Shown here: positions 59,543-64,000 of the stretch, in pieces
Numbering within the stretch: the stretch's first letter is position 1
Layout: each line of letters opens with the position of its first letter
Source of the DNA: Terriglobia bacterium
GTDB lineage: Bacteria; Acidobacteriota; Terriglobia; JAIQFV01
Reading direction: 5' to 3'
Length of the DNA: 64,000 nt
Assembly (NCBI GenBank): GCA_041494885.1
Contig: JBGQBO010000001.1
Location: 158,101 to 222,100 of the forward strand
Notes under the pieces: model-generated
The model's input: the letters and a program-made list of their open reading frames with translations, nothing else
The model's database searches: none
Told to the model about the DNA's origin: nothing
Translations under genes and position numbers: made by a program

Positions 59543-60196
59543 ATGGCTCAAGATCTACTGAACAGTCTCGCGAATCCGATCATCGCGGTCGGAACACTCG
59601 TCACCGCAATCGCAACCCTTATTGTGGCCATCTACACGACGGGTCTTTGGCGCGAGATTAGGAAACAAAGGAAGGCGATGCAAAAGCCTATATTGGTAGC
59701 ATCCAGGCTTCCGAAAGACGTCGACAATTCTAAAAGCGTCTTTGTTGGCAATTTTGAGTACCCACGCTTTGACTCTTTTGAAACTTCTAGGCTCTACTAC
59801 CTTGGCTTAAAAAACATCGGTCAAGGTCACGCACTCAATGTGCGAGTAGATTCTCTCTTGGTAAATGGCAAGGGCATAGCAATCGGCATTCCGCCTGCGT
59901 GCCACGTTCAGGCTAACGAAACGGTCGCGCTGATAGCAAGATTTGGTTATAACGAACCCGTCTCTGATCTCGAACACAACCCATACCAAGTTGTCATTTC
60001 CTATAGTGATACAGAGGCCAACGAATATGTCTTAAATCTCAATCTCTGGTTCCCGTGGGCTGACCAAGAAGAGGCGATTCAAGCTGTTGTGCTCGGCTCA
60101 CTTGATTCCAGGGCTGAGTTCGGTGCGATCACCGGATCTCTGTCTCGTTATGCGGAATCAATGGGCTACTTCGAACTGCAGCGTCTCATTAGCTGA
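59543..60196 (+). CDS. Hypothetical membrane-anchored protein (single N-terminal TM)
   Basis: 217 aa; IIAVGTLVTAIATLIVAIYTTGLW TM then KQRK; no recognisable domain. Confidence 0.35.
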   Translation: MAQDLLNSLANPIIAVGTLVTAIATLIVAIYTTGLWREIRKQRKAMQKPILVASRLPKDVDNSKSVFVGNFEYPRFDSFETSRLYYLGLKNIGQGHALNVRVDSLLVNGKGIAIGIPPACHVQANETVALIARFGYNEPVSDLEHNPYQVVISYSDTEANEYVLNLNLWFPWADQEEAIQAVVLGSLDSRAEFGAITGSLSRYAESMGYFELQRLIS

Positions 60197-60376
60197 GGGA
60201 ATAATGAAAAGGCCACCGAACAAGATGATGAGACTGACGAAGCCGGAGCTGCACCCGTCGGCCCCGACGAGGCGCGGTTGATGATTTTCGGAAACGCTGA
60301 GATGCTCTGCACATGAGGGCCGATTATTCGCCAGGATGAAAACGCGGCGATGATTAGCGGGATGGAATAGAGAATC

Positions 60377-63300
60377 ATGCCAGAGAACCTGATAGAGCTT
60401 TACTTGACCGACATGGGAGAAATCCGAGGGACAGGATCTAACGTCCCGGAGACTTCGTTCTATCCAGCATTGGAAAGGCTGCTCTCCAGCATCGGAAAAG
60501 ACCTTTCTCCCAAGGTCCGCTGCGTCATCAACCTTTCCAACCGAGGCGCTGGCCTACCGGACGGCGGCTTGTTCTCCGCCGAGCAGTTCCGCCGCAAGAC
60601 GCGAGACGTGGTTCGCCGAGGCTCAACACAGGCGGACGCCAAGGAGAATCCGTTCCTGGTTCAGAACCCGTCGCGTGGCGTGATTGAAGCCAAGCCGCCG
60701 GCTGAGGATGTGCACCGGGTGGCCGGGAGCGAGCAGGTGGAGCGATACTGGAAGCGTTACGGCATGGTGCTCGTCACCAATTTCCGCGCCTTCGCCCTCA
60801 TCGGCAAAGGCCCAAACGGGCAGCCAAGCGCCCTGGAATCCTTCACGCTGGCCGAGTCCGAGAGTGAATTCTGGCGTCTGACCGCCCATCCTCGACGGGC
60901 GGCGGCAGAACACGGCGAACGCATGGTGGAGTATTTGAAGCGGGTGCTGCTCCATAATGCGCCACTGGCCGCTCCGCAAGACGTGGCCGGCATTCTTGCC
61001 TCCTACGCCCACGACGCGCGCCTGCGCATCGAAAAGGCTGACCTTCCAGCCCTGGCCACCCTCCGGCAGGCACTCGAAGATGCCCTTGGCCTGCATTTCG
61101 AGGGCGAGAAGGGCGAGCATTTCTTCCGTTCGACGCTCATCCAGACGCTTTACTATGGCGTCTTCTCTGCTTGGGTCTTGTGGGCGCGACAGCATGACGT
61201 CAACCGCGAAGAGAAGACTCGCTTCGCCGATGCCATCCGCGAGTCTGCGGCACCGTATACCGTCTCCGGCGGCTTTGACTGGCGCTCAGCCCACTTTCTT
61301 CTACGCGTTCCCATGCTCCGCGCCCTTTTCGTTCAAGTCGCCGACCCCGCCCGGCTAGGTGCGTTGGGGCTCATCGAAGCTCTCGATTGGACCGCCGCTG
61401 CCCTCAATAGAGTTGACCGCGACGAGTTCTTCAAATCCTTCGACGAGGGGCATGCCGTCCAGTATTTCTATGAGCCCTTCCTGCACGCGTTCGATCCCGA
61501 ACTGCGCAAGGAACTCGGCGTCTGGTACACCCCCGAAGAGATCGTTCGCTACCAAGTCGAACGCGTGGACGCCGTCCTCCGCTCTGAACTCGGTCTCGCC
61601 GATGGACTCGCGGACCCGAAAGTGATCGTCCTGGATCCCTGTTGCGGGACCGGCGCATATCTGCGGGCTGTCCTTCGCCGCATCGCTGTCACCCTGCATG
61701 ACAAAGGCGGCGATGCCCTTGTCGCGAACGATCTCAAGAAAGCCGCCATGGAGCGCATCTTTGGTTTCGAGATCCTGCCAGCGCCATTCGTCATTGCCCA
61801 TCTCCAACTCGGTCTGGAACTGGGAACACTCGGAGCGCCGCTGAGTGACCGCTGCGATCCGCCCGAACGAGCGGGCGTCTATCTAACCAACGCCCTCACC
61901 GGCTGGGAGCCACCCAAGGAAAAACCCAAACAGATAGCCTTCCCCGGTTTCGAGGACGAGCGCGACGCCGCCGGCGAGGTAAAGCAGAATAAGCCCATCC
62001 TCGTGATCCTCGGCAACCCGCCCTACAATGGATACGCGGGCATGGCTATGGATGAGGAACGCGACTTATCGAACGCATACCGCACGGCAAAGAAGGTCGC
62101 GACGCCGCAGGGCCAGGGCCTGAACGATCTCTATGTCCGCTTCTACCGCATGGCCGAACGCCGCATAGTAGAGAAGAACGGGCAAGGCATCGTCTCCTTC
62201 ATCTCAAATTATTCCTGGCTCGATGGTCTCTCTTTTACCGGCATGCGTGAACACTACCTCGCCGCCTTCGACCGCATCTGGATCGATAACCTGCATGGCG
62301 ACCGGATTATTTCCGAGTATGCGCCCGACGGCCACACCAGCGAAACCATTTTTGCCATCGAAGGCAACTCACCGGGGATTAAGATTGGCACGGCCATCAG
62401 CTTGCTCGTCAAGAGCGGCACGGGACAAGCCAAAGTCCTTTACCGCGACATGAACCAAGCTCGTGCCGCAGAACGCCGTTCCGCGTTGCTCGCCAGTCTT
62501 GAGGGCTACGAACCGTTGAAGCCCGTTCTCGAAATTGGCTTGCCGTTCAAGCCCCGAGTAGTCTCGAACGCGTACCTCGGCGGGCCGTTGCTTCCAAAGT
62601 TGTTTCCGATTTGGTTCCCTGGCGTGAAGACCAGCCGCGACGATGTGGTCGTGGACATTGACCGCGACCGGCTGGTGAACCGCATGAAAGAGTACTTCGA
62701 CCCGGAGATCACACACGAGCAGATGCGTCAAATTTCGCCATCAGCTATGACCAGCACCAACCGCTTCAAAGCGGAAGCGGTGCGCGATCAGCTCCGCAAA
62801 CGCGGTTTTCTTGCAAAGAACATCGTCCGTTACTGCTATCGCCCCTTTGACGTCCGCTGGCTTTACTGGGAACCCGAGACCAAGTTGCTCGACGAAAAGC
62901 GTAGCGAGTACTTCCTACACGCCGTCGAAGGGAACATCTGGCTCAGTGCCGGTCAGCGCAACCGCAAAGAAGACTTCTATCAGCCACAGGTCACCTCGTT
63001 ACTCGCCGATCACCACATCGTCGAGTCGAATGTGGGCATGTTCCCACTCTACCTGTACGCGCGGACAGAGCACGCGCTCCTGTTACAGCAAGCGGGCCGC
63101 AATCCGAACCTCACCGACGCGGTGGCGGCGTATCTCGCCGCGTTGAAGGCGACGCCTGAAGACCTGTTCTACCACACGCTGGCGATCCTACATGCCCCGG
63201 CCTACCGCGGGGAAAACGCCGGAGCCTTGCGCCAGGACTGGCCGCGGATACCGCTACCAGGGGGAAAGGATGCTCTGCTCGCCTCTCCCATGCTCGGGCG

Positions 63301-63793
63301 GGAGGTGGCAGCGTTGCTGGACACGGAGACGCTCGTGCCCGGCGTGACCGTTGGCAAGATTCGTGAGGACCTCAAGCACATCGCGGTCTTTCAGCGCCTG
63401 GACGGCAAACCGGCACGACCCGAAGCCGGCGACTTGGATCTGACCGCCGGCTGGGGCCACGCTGGCAAGGGCGGAGTGACTATGCCGGGCAAAGGGAAAC
63501 CTATTCGACGGGACGACGGCGCCAACGACATTTTTCTCAACGATATTGCTTCCTGGCGGAACGTACCCGAGGCGGTGTGGGAGTACACCATCGGCGGTTA
63601 CCAAGTCATCAAGAAATGGCTATCGTACCGGGAAAAGCCACTCCTTGGCCGTAGCCTGACCCCCGACGAAGTCCGTTATGTAACGGAAATGGCGCGGCGT
63701 ATTGCAGCGCTTGTCTCTTTGCAAGCCAAATTGGACGAGAACTACCGACTTGCGGTCAAGGCGATGCACAAATGGCCAATGCAGCACAAATGA
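60377..63793 (+). CDS. Type IIG/IIL-like restriction-modification enzyme (or PglX-like): gamma-class N6-adenine DNA methyltransferase in an 1138-aa polypeptide with possible N-terminal PD-ExK nuclease
   Basis: Motif I VLDPCCGTGAYL precedes motif IV ILGNPPYNGY (gamma order); N-terminal LPDGGLF...VIEAKPP could be a PD-(D/E)xK; about 500 aa C-terminal TRD-like region. Confidence 0.7.
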   Translation: MPENLIELYLTDMGEIRGTGSNVPETSFYPALERLLSSIGKDLSPKVRCVINLSNRGAGLPDGGLFSAEQFRRKTRDVVRRGSTQADAKENPFLVQNPSRGVIEAKPPAEDVHRVAGSEQVERYWKRYGMVLVTNFRAFALIGKGPNGQPSALESFTLAESESEFWRLTAHPRRAAAEHGERMVEYLKRVLLHNAPLAAPQDVAGILASYAHDARLRIEKADLPALATLRQALEDALGLHFEGEKGEHFFRSTLIQTLYYGVFSAWVLWARQHDVNREEKTRFADAIRESAAPYTVSGGFDWRSAHFLLRVPMLRALFVQVADPARLGALGLIEALDWTAAALNRVDRDEFFKSFDEGHAVQYFYEPFLHAFDPELRKELGVWYTPEEIVRYQVERVDAVLRSELGLADGLADPKVIVLDPCCGTGAYLRAVLRRIAVTLHDKGGDALVANDLKKAAMERIFGFEILPAPFVIAHLQLGLELGTLGAPLSDRCDPPERAGVYLTNALTGWEPPKEKPKQIAFPGFEDERDAAGEVKQNKPILVILGNPPYNGYAGMAMDEERDLSNAYRTAKKVATPQGQGLNDLYVRFYRMAERRIVEKNGQGIVSFISNYSWLDGLSFTGMREHYLAAFDRIWIDNLHGDRIISEYAPDGHTSETIFAIEGNSPGIKIGTAISLLVKSGTGQAKVLYRDMNQARAAERRSALLASLEGYEPLKPVLEIGLPFKPRVVSNAYLGGPLLPKLFPIWFPGVKTSRDDVVVDIDRDRLVNRMKEYFDPEITHEQMRQISPSAMTSTNRFKAEAVRDQLRKRGFLAKNIVRYCYRPFDVRWLYWEPETKLLDEKRSEYFLHAVEGNIWLSAGQRNRKEDFYQPQVTSLLADHHIVESNVGMFPLYLYARTEHALLLQQAGRNPNLTDAVAAYLAALKATPEDLFYHTLAILHAPAYRGENAGALRQDWPRIPLPGGKDALLASPMLGREVAALLDTETLVPGVTVGKIREDLKHIAVFQRLDGKPARPEAGDLDLTAGWGHAGKGGVTMPGKGKPIRRDDGANDIFLNDIASWRNVPEAVWEYTIGGYQVIKKWLSYREKPLLGRSLTPDEVRYVTEMARRIAALVSLQAKLDENYRLAVKAMHKWPMQHK

Positions 63794-64000
63794 AGAAAGC
63801 CACCCCAAGAATGGGATGCAATGATGATCCTGGGATCGCATCTTTGCATTTGGTCTTGTAAGGGTGGGAAGCCATGGAGGGATGATGAAACCTCGCGGGC
63901 GATGGTTTCCTCTTTTGTGACGGGAGGATGAGATATAGGCGCGTCAATTCTGGCGCTAGGAATCCCCATGTGAGAGAATTCGAATCGCCGCAGCAAACTT

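Noticed and set aside
1-64000. CRISPR arrays, rRNA genes, IS elements or transposases
   Set aside because: No regularly spaced direct repeats with unique spacers, no rRNA-like conserved stretches, and no transposase or integrase ORFs were found anywhere in the window.

Overview
High-GC bacterial chromosomal window, about 90% coding. The gene content is consistent with an Acidobacteriota-like genome, but that attribution is a guess. Most of it is a housekeeping backbone: rpmB, ridA, rel, a TonB-ExbB-ExbD-ExbD cluster, tgt-yajC-secD-secF, two oligopeptide-type ABC ATPases, an orphan nuoB, truA, a methylmalonyl-CoA mutase family protein, a potassium channel, fused moaD-moaE, suhB, a family-4 UDG, a radical SAM/SPASM protein, an EF-G paralog, an Mla/MCE lipid-transport operon next to an RsbV/RsbW-like partner-switching pair, sthA, an M28 peptidase, a 1.46k-aa sedolisin (S53) protein and a 1060-aa CHASE3/PAS/GAF sensor with no output domain. 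Three things stand out.

- Two peroxiredoxin-family genes (16478..16915 + and 22986..23561 -) carry an in-frame TGA exactly where the peroxidatic cysteine should be. Each TGA is followed 9-15 nt downstream by a stem-loop that looks like a bacterial SECIS element. I read both as selenocysteine-containing peroxiredoxins; six-frame ORF calling splits them.

- The last ~7.4 kb (56.3..64.0 kb) looks like a horizontally acquired defense island. It opens with a tRNA 3'-end fragment (T-arm plus acceptor, att-like remnant) and a 1.2-kb AT-richer stretch with no clear gene. Three lower-GC genes of unknown function follow: a DUF4365-like PD-(D/E)xK nuclease-fold protein, a protein with a possible HEPN-like Rx4H motif, and a membrane protein with one N-terminal TM helix. 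The island ends with an 1138-aa Type IIG/IIL-like enzyme carrying an N6-adenine methyltransferase (NPPY). The three-gene cassette is my best candidate for an undescribed defense system.

- A family of dispersed intergenic repeats with internal short tandem repeats is present in inverted copies, plus a separate REP-like pair.

No CRISPR array, rRNA or intact tRNA was found.
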